Below, piece after piece: positions 51,761-62,640 of a stretch of DNA of 64,000 bases (position 1 is its first letter; the number at the start of each line of letters is the position of its first letter). The translations under genes and the position numbers were made by a program. Origin of the DNA: Deltaproteobacteria bacterium (GTDB lineage: Bacteria > Myxococcota_A > Polyangia > Fen-1088); NCBI GenBank assembly GCA_033763315.1, contig JANRKS010000034.1, forward strand, positions 64,001-128,000, in the 5' to 3' direction. The notes under the pieces were generated by a model. That model did no database searches. It saw only the letters and a list, made by a program, of their open reading frames with translations, and had not been told where the DNA came from.

Positions 51761-53095
51761 ATGAAAGTTGCCGCTGCGCTTGCTTGCGCTTTGGCATCTT
51801 TGCTGTCGGCGCACGCGTGGGCCGCGCCTTTGACTTGTGCCACCACACGCAATGGCGCGTGCATGGTGGCCGATACATTTTCGCTTGAGTTTGATGGCGC
51901 CGGGCAACCGTTGGCCGTGATGAACTTTGGTTTGTTCAGCGCCGTGGGCAACGACCGCTATCAGGCCGTGTGCGAAGAAGCTTTTGGAGGCAGCACGCCT
52001 GACAAGTTGACGATCGCCAGTGGGCGCGTGGTGGTGCCCGGGCGCGAAGGTCTGTACGTGAGCCAGGATGCAAGCTTGTGTGCTTGGTCGTTGGCCAAAG
52101 GTCTGCCGCCTGCCACGTACGTCCAGCAAGCCGTGACCGATCCCGTTGTGCCGTCACGTGTGTGGGCCTTGGTCGGTGCGGGCGATACGCGCGGCCTTTA
52201 TGTTTCAGAGGATCAAGGCGGCTCGTTTACGCTTCGGCACGCATTTGCGCGTGGTGAGGTTTGGTGGCGGTTATTCGTGTTGCCCACCACGCCGCGGAAG
52301 ATCTATGTGGCGGGGCCGGGGCTTGTGGGGCCAGCGGCGCTTTCAATCTCGCTTGATGACGGACAAACTTTCAGCGCTCGCGATCCCGTGCCTGATCTCG
52401 CTGATCCGTTGCGCACGCCCACGCTCTTGGACGTTTCAGCTGAAGCGCCCAACCGTTTGTTTTTCGCCCGCGATACGGCTGCGGGCACGGATGAATTGTG
52501 GTTGTCGGACGACGATGGCGTTTCCGTGAAGCGCGTGGCGGAACTGCCCGCGGGGCACTTTCTGGGCGGGTTTACGTTTGGCGCCACCCAACAGACAGTT
52601 TACGTAGGCACACGGGCCCCGCTGTTTACGGGCAAGGCCACCGACGCTGCCTTGCTGGTGTCGCAAGATGGCGGCCGCACGTGGGCCGCCCCCGTGTTTT
52701 CGCCACAAGACGGCCCGCGGTTTCGCTGCCTGAAATATCGGGAGGGCACACTTTACGCGTGTGGCGGCGGCATTGATGGTGGTGATGCGGCCTACGTCAT
52801 GCAGTCCACCAACGGATTGGCGTGGGCTCCCACGATCACGATGGCGCAAGTGCAAGCGCCGCCCGCGTGCATCCGCTCGCTGTGCTTATCGACCGCTGCC
52901 TGGTTATGCACCGCCTATGGTGTTTGTGCGCCCCCGCAGCTTGACGCTGGCGCAAATGATGCGGGTGCAACGGCATCTGACGACGGCGGCTGTTCATGCG
53001 CCTTGGCAAGACGTGCGCCGCAGCCACCGTGGATCGTGCTGGTGGCTGGGCTTGTGCTTTACCGCCGCGGCAGAATTCGTCGTAGGCTGCGTTGA
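51761..53095 (+). CDS. Secreted BNR/Asp-box beta-propeller protein with MYXO-CTERM sorting signal
   Basis: Signal peptide; Asp boxes SEDQGGSF, SLDDGQTF, SDDDGVSV, SQDGGRTW; C-terminal DDGGCSC...hydrophobic...RRGRIRRR. Confidence 0.85.
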   Translation: MKVAAALACALASLLSAHAWAAPLTCATTRNGACMVADTFSLEFDGAGQPLAVMNFGLFSAVGNDRYQAVCEEAFGGSTPDKLTIASGRVVVPGREGLYVSQDASLCAWSLAKGLPPATYVQQAVTDPVVPSRVWALVGAGDTRGLYVSEDQGGSFTLRHAFARGEVWWRLFVLPTTPRKIYVAGPGLVGPAALSISLDDGQTFSARDPVPDLADPLRTPTLLDVSAEAPNRLFFARDTAAGTDELWLSDDDGVSVKRVAELPAGHFLGGFTFGATQQTVYVGTRAPLFTGKATDAALLVSQDGGRTWAAPVFSPQDGPRFRCLKYREGTLYACGGGIDGGDAAYVMQSTNGLAWAPTITMAQVQAPPACIRSLCLSTAAWLCTAYGVCAPPQLDAGANDAGATASDDGGCSCALARRAPQPPWIVLVAGLVLYRRGRIRRRLR

Positions 53096-53964
53096 TGAGC
53101 TTGGACCAAAAGTCGCCGCCGGTGCGGCTGGCGTATTCGGTGGACGCGGACGACGCTTTCATGTTTGCGGCGTTGGCCACGGGGGCGATTGACCTTGAGG
53201 GCTTGCGGTTTGATCACCTGCGTGCGGATACGGCGTCGCTCAACGACCTGGCCGTGAACGAAGGCGCCGATGTGGTGGCCGTTTCCTTGGGCGTCTATCC
53301 CAAGCTGGCGGACCGTTATCTATTGTTACCCCACGGAGCCAGTGTGGGCCGGGGCTTCGGGCCTGTTGTGGTGGCGAAGCGGCCCATGACCGTGGCCCAA
53401 CTCAAAGGTTTGCGCGTGGGCATTCCGGGGTCCTCCACAACCGCGTTTTTGGTGCTGCGCTTGATCCAACCCGACATCGTGCCCGTGCTCGTGCCGATTT
53501 CACCGTTTTCGCGCGCGTTTTCGGCACTTGAGGACGGCTCGGTCGATGCCGTTTTGTTGATTCACGAAGGCCGCTTGCTCTATGAGCAGCGTGGTTATCA
53601 CAAAGTGGTCGAACTTGGCGAATGGTGGCACGCCGAAACCAGCTTGCCGCTGCCGTTGGGTGTGAACGTGATTCGCAAAGCGTTGGGTGCGGCGAAGGTG
53701 GCGCTGGTGTCGCGCGTGTTGGGCAACGCCATTGCCTGGGCGCTAAGCAACCGGGACGCCCTCATCGCCGCCATCGCCAAGGAGGATCGCGGGGATAAGG
53801 CTTTGACCGATGCGAAGCTCTTGGACCGGTACTTGGGCATGTACGCCAACGAGGACACCCGCCACATGGCACCCGACGTCCGCAAAGCGATCGACGTTCT
53901 GTTTGGGCGCGCGCGGGCGGCCGGGTTGTTCGTTGGCAATGTAGCTGTTGATTGGGCGCCCTAG
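53092..53964 (+). CDS. mqnD: MqnD-like protein (futalosine menaquinone pathway, MqnA/MqnD family)
   Basis: DADDAFMF, GASVGRGFGP, PGSSTTA, LIHEG, LPLPLG, MYANE. Confidence 0.8.
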   Translation: MMSLDQKSPPVRLAYSVDADDAFMFAALATGAIDLEGLRFDHLRADTASLNDLAVNEGADVVAVSLGVYPKLADRYLLLPHGASVGRGFGPVVVAKRPMTVAQLKGLRVGIPGSSTTAFLVLRLIQPDIVPVLVPISPFSRAFSALEDGSVDAVLLIHEGRLLYEQRGYHKVVELGEWWHAETSLPLPLGVNVIRKALGAAKVALVSRVLGNAIAWALSNRDALIAAIAKEDRGDKALTDAKLLDRYLGMYANEDTRHMAPDVRKAIDVLFGRARAAGLFVGNVAVDWAP

Positions 53965-54062
53965 CGGCGGCATGTCTAAGCTGGTGTTTCTGAATTTCCC
54001 GCGCAGGTAATTGAATTTGTTTGGGGGCCGTGTCACCTTCCGCGTGAGTCGGCTCACTTAGA

Positions 54063-54512
54063 ATGAAAATCGTTCGTCGAAAGCTTTGGTCGCGGTTCTG
54101 GGGTTTGGTGGCGTTGGTGGCAGTTGTGTCTTGTGCCACCGCTTTGGCCTTGGCCTATGAGCCGAATGTGGTTCGCGGCGTGAAGGTGCTGGGGTCCTTC
54201 CTTGAGCGCATTCCCGTGGTTTACAAGGCACCGCGAAAGCCTGCGCCCGCCAAGCTTGCGCCTGTGGCTCCACCGCCCGTGCCCGCCGAACCAGTGCCTG
54301 CGCCTCAACTGGCAGAGGGGCCCGCTGAGGAGCCTGAGGAAACGCCAACGGAGGTTGTGCCGGCGGCCCCTGCCGTCGCGGCGCCTCCGGCTGTCGTCTC
54401 GCCCAAAGCCGCGGTTGACGAAGCCGAAAGCGAAGCCGAAGAGTGGGACGAAGCAGACGAGCTGCACTCGGGCGAAGACGAGATGCCTGGCTCGCCCGAT
54501 GAAGCGCCGTAG
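54063..54512 (+). CDS. Hypothetical exported protein with Pro-rich and acidic tail
   Basis: Basic N-terminus and hydrophobic segment, then Pro/Ala- and Glu/Asp-rich sequence. Confidence 0.6.
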   Translation: MKIVRRKLWSRFWGLVALVAVVSCATALALAYEPNVVRGVKVLGSFLERIPVVYKAPRKPAPAKLAPVAPPPVPAEPVPAPQLAEGPAEEPEETPTEVVPAAPAVAAPPAVVSPKAAVDEAESEAEEWDEADELHSGEDEMPGSPDEAP

Positions 54513-54520
54513 CGCCACCG

Positions 54521-54916
54521 CTATTCGTCGTCCGGGTTGTATTTGATCTGCGTGTCGTCCGGCAGTTTCTTGATGGCAAGGATGCGCGTGGGGTTAGGCT
54601 CTTTCCAGAACACGCCAAAGGTGAATTCAATTTTTGAGCCCACGCCAATGCCGCTCACATCAAGTCCCTTGGACAAAGTAAACGGCATCGGCATCGCCAT
54701 CATCCCCACGGCCTTGCCCTCTTGATCCTTAAATTGCGGGATTGATTGGTGCAACACCACCACGGTCTTGCCGTTGCCTGGTTGCGCGATGGCCGGCCAC
54801 AGCTTCACCACGCCTTGCACCGTGTGGGTGGCCGAAGGTGGCTCGTCGGGCTTGTGGCAACCGGATAGGGGCGGCAGGGCGCACAGGGCGAGCAAGCTGA
54901 GGGCAAGGCGATTCAT
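54521..54916 (-). CDS. CusF-like copper-binding lipoprotein
   Basis: Lipobox LSGC; HQSIP...GMMAMPMPF metal motif; VGSKIEFTF. Confidence 0.8.
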   Translation of the reverse strand: MNRLALSLLALCALPPLSGCHKPDEPPSATHTVQGVVKLWPAIAQPGNGKTVVVLHQSIPQFKDQEGKAVGMMAMPMPFTLSKGLDVSGIGVGSKIEFTFGVFWKEPNPTRILAIKKLPDDTQIKYNPDDE

Positions 54917-54960
54917 GCAAACAAACTAGCAGCCGGCAAGCCCCAAGCCCGGGTGGAAGC

Positions 54961-55443
54961 CTATTCGGTTTTGGCGCGTTTGCTGCCGGGGGGCGGCGGC
55001 ATCGGAGGTCTGGCTTCGGCGTCTTCGGCCGCGAACCTCACTTCGTCAAGCCCTTCGGCCAGGTCCACTTCATCAACCACTGAAATGATCATGTCTTTGT
55101 AGGAACTGTGCGGCAGCCCCAAAGCTTCGCCCAAACGGTGCACAAACTCGTCTTCCGCCAAATCGAATTCTTGGTCGGCCGCGTGAATGGCTGCCACCAA
55201 CTCAAGCAGATGGCGCTTCACCTCGGGCGGATCGTTGACGAAGACCGCCGCGGCTTTCTTGAGGTCAAATGTGCCGGCGGCAAACTCGTCGATGCGAAAG
55301 TCGAGATCCATCGGCAAGGTTTCGGCATCAAGCAGTTGCTTTAACAATTGCCGAACGGCGGCCCGTTCGTCGCCCGCCAAGTGCTGATCGGCATAGGCCG
55401 CCGCCATCAAAATGTCTGCCACGTGTTCGATTCGATCTTTCAC
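54961..55443 (-). CDS. TerB-family protein
   Basis: AAAYAD...DE and IHAADQEFDLAEDEFVHRLGEALGL; GGAGG RBS before GTG. Confidence 0.85.
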   Translation of the reverse strand: MKDRIEHVADILMAAAYADQHLAGDERAAVRQLLKQLLDAETLPMDLDFRIDEFAAGTFDLKKAAAVFVNDPPEVKRHLLELVAAIHAADQEFDLAEDEFVHRLGEALGLPHSSYKDMIISVVDEVDLAEGLDEVRFAAEDAEARPPMPPPPGSKRAKTE

Positions 55444-55564
55444 CGCACAACCATCCTCCGGCAACGGTGGGAACGTCAAGCCCCGGAACAAACTGGCGCC
55501 CTCTGCTGGCCGCGTTACACTTTAACAACGACGCCATATGCGGCGTCATAAAGGACCGGCTGCA

Positions 55565-56602
55565 GTGAAGGCGTTGGTAAAGGCGAAAGCAGAACCGGGG
55601 CTGTGGTTACAGGACGTTCCCATGCCCACTTTGGGCATTGATGATGTGCTGATCAAGGTCATGCGCACAGGCATCTGCGGCACCGATCTGCACATCTTCA
55701 AGTGGGACGACTGGGCGGCGGCGCACGTGCCCACGCCCTTGGTGATCGGCCACGAGTTTGTGGGGCAAATCGTTGAGGTCGGCTCAAACGTGAAGGGCTT
55801 TCACGTGGGCGATGTGGTCAGCGGCGAAGGGCACGTGGTGTGTGGGCAATGCCGCAACTGCATGGCCGGGCGCCGCCATTTGTGCGACAAGACGCAAGGG
55901 GTGGGCGTGAACCGCCCGGGCGCGTTTGCCGAATTCATCGCCTTGCCACAGACCAACGTGTGGTGCCACGCGCCTGGATTGGACAAAGACGTGATGTCGA
56001 TCTTCGATCCGTTTGGCAACGCCGTTCACACGGCGCTATGCCACGACGTGGTCGGCGAAGACGTACTCATTACAGGTGCGGGGCCCATTGGGCTCATGGC
56101 CTCGGCCGTGGTGAGGCACGCGGGCGCGCGCCACGTTGTGGTCACCGATGTGAACCCCGATCGTTTGGCGTTGGCAAAACGCATGGGCGCCACGCTGGCG
56201 TTGAACGTCAGCACCAACACCTTGGCCCAGGCGCGCGCGCAGCTGGGCATGCGCGAAGGCTTTGACGTGGGCCTGGAGATGAGCGGTAGCCCGCAGGCGT
56301 TTGGCGATATGATCGCCAACATGTGTCACGGTGGCCGCATCGCGATGCTTGGTCTGCCGAGCAAGCCGTTCGCGATCGACTGGAGTTTGGTGATCTCCAA
56401 CATGCTCACCATTAAGGGCATCTACGGCCGGCAGATGTATGAGACTTGGTACAAGATGACCGTGCTTCTGCAGGGCGGTTTGGACATTTCCCCCGTCATC
56501 ACCCACCGCTTTGCGTACACGGATTTTGAAAAAGGTTTTGAGGCGATGGCGGCAGGCGATTGCGGTAAAGTGATTTTGAAATGGGCCAGCTTCTCGGCGT
56601 GA
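55565..56602 (+). CDS. tdh: L-threonine 3-dehydrogenase
   Basis: [48 protein letters not shown]. Confidence 0.97.
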   Translation: MKALVKAKAEPGLWLQDVPMPTLGIDDVLIKVMRTGICGTDLHIFKWDDWAAAHVPTPLVIGHEFVGQIVEVGSNVKGFHVGDVVSGEGHVVCGQCRNCMAGRRHLCDKTQGVGVNRPGAFAEFIALPQTNVWCHAPGLDKDVMSIFDPFGNAVHTALCHDVVGEDVLITGAGPIGLMASAVVRHAGARHVVVTDVNPDRLALAKRMGATLALNVSTNTLAQARAQLGMREGFDVGLEMSGSPQAFGDMIANMCHGGRIAMLGLPSKPFAIDWSLVISNMLTIKGIYGRQMYETWYKMTVLLQGGLDISPVITHRFAYTDFEKGFEAMAAGDCGKVILKWASFSA

Positions 56603-56638
56603 GGGGCGTATGAAAGACGGCCTGCGAGGCGGTGTCAC

Positions 56639-57826
56639 ATGATGAGCGGCATGTTGCAACACGTGGAAGCGGAACTGGCGGGCATCACTGCTGCGGGCCT
56701 GTGGAAAAGTGAACGCACGATCGTGACCCCGCAGGGCCCACACGTGCAAGTGAGCGAAGCGCCCGGGCGGCGCGTGGTGAATTTGTGCGCCAACAATTAT
56801 TTAGGCCTTTCAGATCACCCCCAAGTGCTAGCGGCCGCGCGTGAGGCGATCGACCGCTGGGGTTACGGCATGTCGTCGGTGCGCTTCATCTGTGGCACGC
56901 AGGGCATTCACAAAGAGCTTGAACAGAAACTTTCTGCCTTCTTGGGCATGGAAGACACAATTTTGTATTCCTCGTGCTTCGACGCCAACGGCGGCCTGTT
57001 TGAAACGCTGCTGGGGCCCGAAGACGCCGTCATCAGCGACGCCTTGAACCACGCGAGCATCATTGATGGCATTCGATTGTGCAAAGCGCAGCGCTTTCGT
57101 TATGCCAATAACGATATGGCCGATCTTGAGACGCAGCTCCAGAAGGCGGCAGGCGCACGCTTTCGCTTGATTGCCACCGATGGCGTGTTTTCGATGGATG
57201 GAACGATCGCGAACTTGCAGGCGATCTGCGATTTTGCGGAACGCTACGACGCGATGGTGATGGTGGATGATTCCCACGCCACGGGGTTCATGGGCCGCAC
57301 GGGGCGTGGCACGCCTGAATTTTGTGGCGTGATGGGCCGCGTAGACATCATCACCAGCACGCTTGGTAAAGCGTTGGGCGGGGCGGCTGGTGGTTTTGTC
57401 AGCGCGAATGCCAAGGTGGTTGCGCTGTTGCGGCAGCGGTCGCGGCCTTATCTGTTTTCGAACGCGCTGTCGCCCATCATCACAGCGGCGTCGGTTGCGG
57501 TGGTGGATATGCTGTCGCAAACGACCGCCCTGCGCGATAAGTTGGCCAGCAACACGAAGTTATTTCGCGAAGGCCTGTCAACGTTGGGGTTCAATGTAGT
57601 TCCGGGCGAACACCCCATCGTGCCGCTCATGCTGGGGGAGGCCAAGGTGGCGCAGCAGATGGCGGCACTGCTCCTGGAGCGGGGCGTTTATGTGGTGGGC
57701 TTCTTCTATCCTGTGGTGCCGCAAGGCAAAGCGCGCATCCGCGTGCAAGTCTCGGCGGCCCACGAAGAAGCCGATCTGCGTTTCGCCTTGGAACAAATGG
57801 CTGCTGTGAAGAGCGCAATGGCGTGA
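56639..57826 (+). CDS. kbl: Glycine C-acetyltransferase (2-amino-3-ketobutyrate CoA ligase)
   Basis: [42 protein letters not shown]. Confidence 0.97.
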   Translation: MMSGMLQHVEAELAGITAAGLWKSERTIVTPQGPHVQVSEAPGRRVVNLCANNYLGLSDHPQVLAAAREAIDRWGYGMSSVRFICGTQGIHKELEQKLSAFLGMEDTILYSSCFDANGGLFETLLGPEDAVISDALNHASIIDGIRLCKAQRFRYANNDMADLETQLQKAAGARFRLIATDGVFSMDGTIANLQAICDFAERYDAMVMVDDSHATGFMGRTGRGTPEFCGVMGRVDIITSTLGKALGGAAGGFVSANAKVVALLRQRSRPYLFSNALSPIITAASVAVVDMLSQTTALRDKLASNTKLFREGLSTLGFNVVPGEHPIVPLMLGEAKVAQQMAALLLERGVYVVGFFYPVVPQGKARIRVQVSAAHEEADLRFALEQMAAVKSAMA

Positions 57827-60066
57827 GTGACCCAGGCGCGCGCAAGTTGTGGCCTGCGTGGCTCGTGCCGGGGATGCTCTTCGGCGCTTTGGCGCTGCTG
57901 TTGCTCTTGCACGTGCGCCACTTTGCCACCTTTCTTTCAGACGATGCCTTGATCTCACTTCGCTACGCCCGTCGCTTGGTGCAAGGGCAGGGGCTCACGT
58001 GGACCGGCAATGAACGCGTTGAAGGATACACCGACCTTCTGTGGGTGCTGTTGACAGCCATCGGTGGTTTGCTGCACTCAAGTTACATCGGGTTTGCGCG
58101 CTTTCTTGATCACGTGGGTGTGTTCTCTGCGCTTGCGATCATAGGTCTTTCGCCGCGCACAGGACGATGGTCAGCCTGGCGTTTCGTGGGCGGCGGCATC
58201 TTGTGGGTGGCAAGTGCGCCCGTGGCCGTGTGGGCCAACGGTGGTCTTGAGCATGGGTTCATGACGGGCGTCCTGGCTTTGTTGATTTATCGTCTCGCGC
58301 GCGATCAAAACGAACAACTCGATATACCAGCGGCTGTGGCGGCGGCGGCGTTGGTGCTGCTGCGGGCCGACGGGGTTGTGCTTGTGGCCTGCGCCTTCGT
58401 GGGGGCCTTCCTTGCGCGGCAGATGCAACGCCAGCCAAGCGTGAAGCGTTTGGCGCGAACGCTGGCGTTGGCTGTGGTGGTGTTCGTAGCGCAGATGTTG
58501 TTTCGCCGTGGATATTACGGCGCTTGGCAACCGAACACGGCGCTGGCCAAGCTGGCGTTCAACCAGCAGAGAGTGCTCTTGGGGCTCACGCATGTCTGGC
58601 AGGGCTACCAAGGCTTGGCGATCTTGGTGGCCGCGGCCATTGCAGGCACCGTATGGCTGGTTCACCGCAACCGCACTCATGTGGTGGTGATGCCGTGGCT
58701 TGTTGTGCTGGGCTGGAGCGGTTATCTGGTGGCCGTGGGCGGCGACATTTTTCCAGGATGGCGGCAGCTATTATTCGTGTTGGTTCCGCTGTCGCTGCTG
58801 GTGGCGGAGGTGGCCGAATCTGTGGCCGCAGAACAAGCCACGCGAGTGGCGTTGACCTCCGCAGGGCTTGGGATCGTGCACTGGCAATGTCAGACCACAG
58901 ACGCTGAAAACCAGCGAGCCAAGGCGGAAGTGTGGGAATGGGATGGCGTGGGTGTGGGACGCGATCTGAAGGCGGCCTTCGGTGCGCAGGCGCCTTTGCT
59001 GGCTGTGGATGCGGCAGGGGCTTTGCCGTATTTTTCGGAACTGCCCAGCCTCGACATGTTGGGCCTTATTGACGCCTACATCGCTTCGCATCCGCCGCCT
59101 TCGTTTGGCCACGGTGGCATTGGGCACGAGCTTGGGGATGGTGATTATGTGTTTCGCCGAGAGCCCGACATCATCGCGTTCAACAGCGCCGCTGGACAAC
59201 GCCAACCACGATTTCTCTCGGGCGTGCAGCTGTTGCGAAACCCTGCGTTTCACGAACGCTACCAATGGATTCGTATGCAGTCCTTCAGTGTGGATCACCC
59301 TGTGCTGGCCGAGCTGTGGCTGCGTCATGATGGCGGCAAATTGGGGGTGCTCCGCGGCCACAATGACATCCGCATTCCGGGGTACTTTTTGGCGGGCGAT
59401 GCATCGGCCGCCGTGGCGCGCGTGATCAAAGGACAGGGCCTCGTCACGGAAATCACGGACGCGCGCCCCGGCGTCGCACGCGTGAAGGTGCCCGCCGGGC
59501 GTTGGCAAGCCAATACAAACGTGGCCAACGCAGCATTGGGGTTGCTGTGCGATGGCTTATCGATGGGCGGTGGCACGGGCGCTGTGTTTGAACTGCAGGA
59601 GCCTCGCGAAGTGCAAATCAGCGTCGCGCCGGCGGCGTCTGCGGCGTTTGTGTCGCAGTTAACGTTGTCCCGCACCACGGCGGGGCCTCCGCATGTATGC
59701 GTGTCGCGAGATCGTCAGGTCGTGGTGGCTTCGGCCGCATTGGCCGCCGCGAAGCCTGAAGGCTTTGCATGGAACCACCCAAGCAACGTGCTGGTTGGCA
59801 GCGCCGGTTTGGTCACAAACGTGGACACCGCCGCCACCGTCACGCGCTTAGAAATGAGCACCGACAACAACGATGCTTATGCCGTCGAGATCCGGCGTGG
59901 CGAGGCCGCGCTGTGGACAGGTCAGGCCACCCCTGTGGTTGGCAATGGCCTTCACGTGCACGTGTTGCCTTTGCCTATGATCGCTGTGCAACCCGGAGAC
60001 GAAATCCGAATCGTGCCACGCGGTGGCGACGGCCATTACAGTGTTGGCCACGTCATTTTGAACTAG
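57823..60066 (+). CDS. Multi-pass GT-C-type glycosyltransferase-like protein (AftB-like) with large extracytoplasmic C-domain
   Basis: [13 protein letters not shown]...ERVEGYT, GLE, LRADG, PNTALAK, GGDIF, DMLGLID; many TM helices. Confidence 0.78.
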   Translation: MSDPGARKLWPAWLVPGMLFGALALLLLLHVRHFATFLSDDALISLRYARRLVQGQGLTWTGNERVEGYTDLLWVLLTAIGGLLHSSYIGFARFLDHVGVFSALAIIGLSPRTGRWSAWRFVGGGILWVASAPVAVWANGGLEHGFMTGVLALLIYRLARDQNEQLDIPAAVAAAALVLLRADGVVLVACAFVGAFLARQMQRQPSVKRLARTLALAVVVFVAQMLFRRGYYGAWQPNTALAKLAFNQQRVLLGLTHVWQGYQGLAILVAAAIAGTVWLVHRNRTHVVVMPWLVVLGWSGYLVAVGGDIFPGWRQLLFVLVPLSLLVAEVAESVAAEQATRVALTSAGLGIVHWQCQTTDAENQRAKAEVWEWDGVGVGRDLKAAFGAQAPLLAVDAAGALPYFSELPSLDMLGLIDAYIASHPPPSFGHGGIGHELGDGDYVFRREPDIIAFNSAAGQRQPRFLSGVQLLRNPAFHERYQWIRMQSFSVDHPVLAELWLRHDGGKLGVLRGHNDIRIPGYFLAGDASAAVARVIKGQGLVTEITDARPGVARVKVPAGRWQANTNVANAALGLLCDGLSMGGGTGAVFELQEPREVQISVAPAASAAFVSQLTLSRTTAGPPHVCVSRDRQVVVASAALAAAKPEGFAWNHPSNVLVGSAGLVTNVDTAATVTRLEMSTDNNDAYAVEIRRGEAALWTGQATPVVGNGLHVHVLPLPMIAVQPGDEIRIVPRGGDGHYSVGHVILN

Positions 60067-61325
60067 AGCGCGTCCAACGCGGCCAGGAAGTCCGACGCCA
60101 GATCGCGGAAGTCTTCCACGCCAATCGATACGCGCACGAGATCGTCCGTGACACCTGAGCTTGCTAGTTCCTCGGCGCTCATCTCGGAATGGGTGGTGGT
60201 GGCAGGATGGCATGCCAACGTTTCCACGCTGCCCAGGCTGACGGCGTTGTGGCCAATCTTGAGTCGGCGCAGAAAATCAAACGCGCCACGTTTACCGCCC
60301 GCGAGCCGCAAAGAAAACACGGAGCCGGGGCTCTTGCATTGCGAGTCAAAGATGCGCTTTTGTTCGGCGTCCTCGAACAGGGACGGATAATAAAGTTTTA
60401 CGACCTTGGGGTGTTTGGCCAAGGCCGCCACAACCTTCTCAGCGTTCTTCGCTTGCCTCGACATGCGCAATTCCACTGTGGGTAGGCGGCTGTCGAGCAT
60501 CCAGCATTCATCGGGTTGCAAGATGTTGCCCAAGATGGCGCGCGTGCCACGCAGGCTGTCCAACAGATCCGGATCGCGCCCCAACACCACGCCGCCCAAC
60601 ATGTCGCTGTGGCCGGCAAGAAACTTCGTGGCGGAGTAGATCGCCAGATCAGCCTTCATTTGCAGGGGGTGCTGAAACGCAGGGCCCATGAAAGTATTAT
60701 CCACCGCCACAAGCGGCCGGAGCTTTCCCCGCTGTGCATGCGCAAACGCGGCTTTCGCTGCGGCTTCTATGTCGGTCATCACCAACGTTGGGTTGGCGGG
60801 GGTCTCAATCAGTACCAACCGCAGGTTCTCGGCGCCAGCGATGGCCCTGGTCATCGCTTCCGTATTGCCTGCTGGCACGGGGATGCCCACCAAGCCCAGT
60901 GGCTCAAGCATTTGATGAATCAAATGTTGTGTGCCGCCATAGATGGGCGTGGTGTAGATGAACTGGCTGCCGGGGGGACAGAACGTGAGAAACACCGTTG
61001 AGATGGCCGCCATGCCTGAGTTGAAAACAGCGGCCGAGGAGGCGCCGGGCTCAAGCGGTGTGACCTGGTTCTCTAGAATCTCCGCGTTCGGGTGCGAAAG
61101 CCGTGAGTAGATCAGATCAACGTTTTCGCCTTCAGCAGGCTTTGACCGACCAAGGGCGATCGCGAACGCACGTTCGGCCGCTTCAGGGCTTGAGAAAACG
61201 TAGGTGCTGGAGCGGAAAACGGCGGGGCGTGCCGAGCCCACGGAAAGGCGTGGATCAAACCCGCGGGTCAACACCGCTGTGGGGGGGCGAACGAAGTAGG
61301 GCGTCTTGCTTCGGCCAGTGGTCAT
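60063..61325 (-). CDS. Cys/Met metabolism PLP enzyme (cystathionine gamma-synthase / methionine gamma-lyase family)
   Basis: YSRLSHPN, SGMAAI, YGGT, ETPANP, DNTF, SATKFLAGHSD, VSLG, RVSIGVE. Confidence 0.93.
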   Translation of the reverse strand: MTTGRSKTPYFVRPPTAVLTRGFDPRLSVGSARPAVFRSSTYVFSSPEAAERAFAIALGRSKPAEGENVDLIYSRLSHPNAEILENQVTPLEPGASSAAVFNSGMAAISTVFLTFCPPGSQFIYTTPIYGGTQHLIHQMLEPLGLVGIPVPAGNTEAMTRAIAGAENLRLVLIETPANPTLVMTDIEAAAKAAFAHAQRGKLRPLVAVDNTFMGPAFQHPLQMKADLAIYSATKFLAGHSDMLGGVVLGRDPDLLDSLRGTRAILGNILQPDECWMLDSRLPTVELRMSRQAKNAEKVVAALAKHPKVVKLYYPSLFEDAEQKRIFDSQCKSPGSVFSLRLAGGKRGAFDFLRRLKIGHNAVSLGSVETLACHPATTTHSEMSAEELASSGVTDDLVRVSIGVEDFRDLASDFLAALDAL

Positions 61326-61386
61326 GTTGGCTCCCTTCACTTTCAGCGTGAGGCCGCACCGACCGATGCGCAAGAAAAGCTCGCGC

Positions 61387-62343
61387 TTACCAGCCGATAC
61401 CCAGCTGTAACCCAGCCTCCAGCGGCCGGACGGAAGTTTCGGGTGAGTTCTCCAAGAAGGATCCATCCCCCGTATTTACGTCGATCGGAATAATGTTTTG
61501 TGAGAGGCGCAGCTCTGTGTAGAGGCGCGTTGACGAAAACCGCATGAACATCAAGCCAAATTGACCGTAGGCCGCCGCACGCACGCCACCATCGGCGCCG
61601 CTGAACATGATCTTGGGGCTAAAGCCCACGCCCACGTAGGGGGATGTGTTGCCTTGGCCCAGGTACAAGCTGCCGCCGAACTCTGCAAATAAGGCGCCCA
61701 GGTTGCGGTGATCACCGCCGGTGGGCAGCGCAAGCCCTGCGCCAAATTCAAGAAAGTACGTTTCAGACTCGAAGCGACCGTCGAACTGCAATGACATCAT
61801 CGGGTTGAAGGTCACACCTTGCGCGAACGGCTGAATCAGTGCTGTTTTGAAGCCAATCACTTTTTCACTGTATGTGCGGTTGGGCCGCGAGGCTTCGGTG
61901 CGCGTGATCGAGTGCAGCGTGCGCGTGTCGTTGACGCCCACCCTGTGCACCAACGCTTCGCAAACTCGATCCGCGACAGGCGGCAGATCATCGAGCGAAG
62001 CCGCGGTCATTTCAACCGTGTGAATTTGCGTCCCGTCGGCTTGGCGAAGCGTGCCGCGGATCTGCACCTTCGATGACAGGCGTAGTGCCGAGATATCAAC
62101 GTACTCATCACCCGTGGGCTGCCATGTGCCTTCCAAGCCGCCTTCCGTTTGTTTGGGCGGCGGTGACACGCGTGTGCCGGACGCGCGTGCGTAAGCATCG
62201 GCGAACAGCACGCCCACGGCTTCACATTCGGACGCCGCCAGATTCGCACAAGCGGGGGGCGCTATCGAGACCTGTGCGGCGTGGGCTTGTACGGCAACAA
62301 AAGCGAGGGCAACGCCAATCAGGGAGGAGGCTCTGTAATGCAT
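61387..62343 (-). CDS. Secreted protein with C-terminal outer-membrane beta-barrel-like domain
   Basis: Signal peptide (AQAHA), alternating amphipathic strands, terminal LQLGIGW. Confidence 0.72.
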   Translation of the reverse strand: MHYRASSLIGVALAFVAVQAHAAQVSIAPPACANLAASECEAVGVLFADAYARASGTRVSPPPKQTEGGLEGTWQPTGDEYVDISALRLSSKVQIRGTLRQADGTQIHTVEMTAASLDDLPPVADRVCEALVHRVGVNDTRTLHSITRTEASRPNRTYSEKVIGFKTALIQPFAQGVTFNPMMSLQFDGRFESETYFLEFGAGLALPTGGDHRNLGALFAEFGGSLYLGQGNTSPYVGVGFSPKIMFSGADGGVRAAAYGQFGLMFMRFSSTRLYTELRLSQNIIPIDVNTGDGSFLENSPETSVRPLEAGLQLGIGW

Positions 62344-62378
62344 GGGGTCTCCGGTGGGTGAGGGTCAGGGCCTGCATG

Positions 62379-62394
62379 TGCAGGGTATGTGCCA
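62379..62394 (-). promoter_or_regulatory. sigma54-type -24/-12 promoter
   Basis: Minus strand reads TGGCAC-ATACC-CTGCA, 35 nt upstream of ATG 62343. Confidence 0.65.
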
Positions 62395-62640
62395 GGGCAG
62401 CGTTGCTCGGGCCGTTGGGACGCCGCAGTCGCCGCGGAACCCGCATTTTCGGCGATCTTTAAACAAAGTGGACGCTTTAGATGGGCAAACCCATGCCCGC
62501 GGCTGGCTGAACCCGACGCGCGTGTTGCCCTTTGCCTGCCGGTTCCTCACCACCTGGGCTCGTGACTGTTGAATTCCTAACAGCGAAACCAGCCCCAGCC
62601 GTCGCGCAGGCTCCGCGCGCTGCTTTATACTCACGCAAGC

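Noticed and set aside
62465-62520. GGGCAAACC as a c-di-GMP-I riboswitch upstream of asnS
   Set aside because: The downstream GNRA loop and GACGCAAA elements are absent or out of order.
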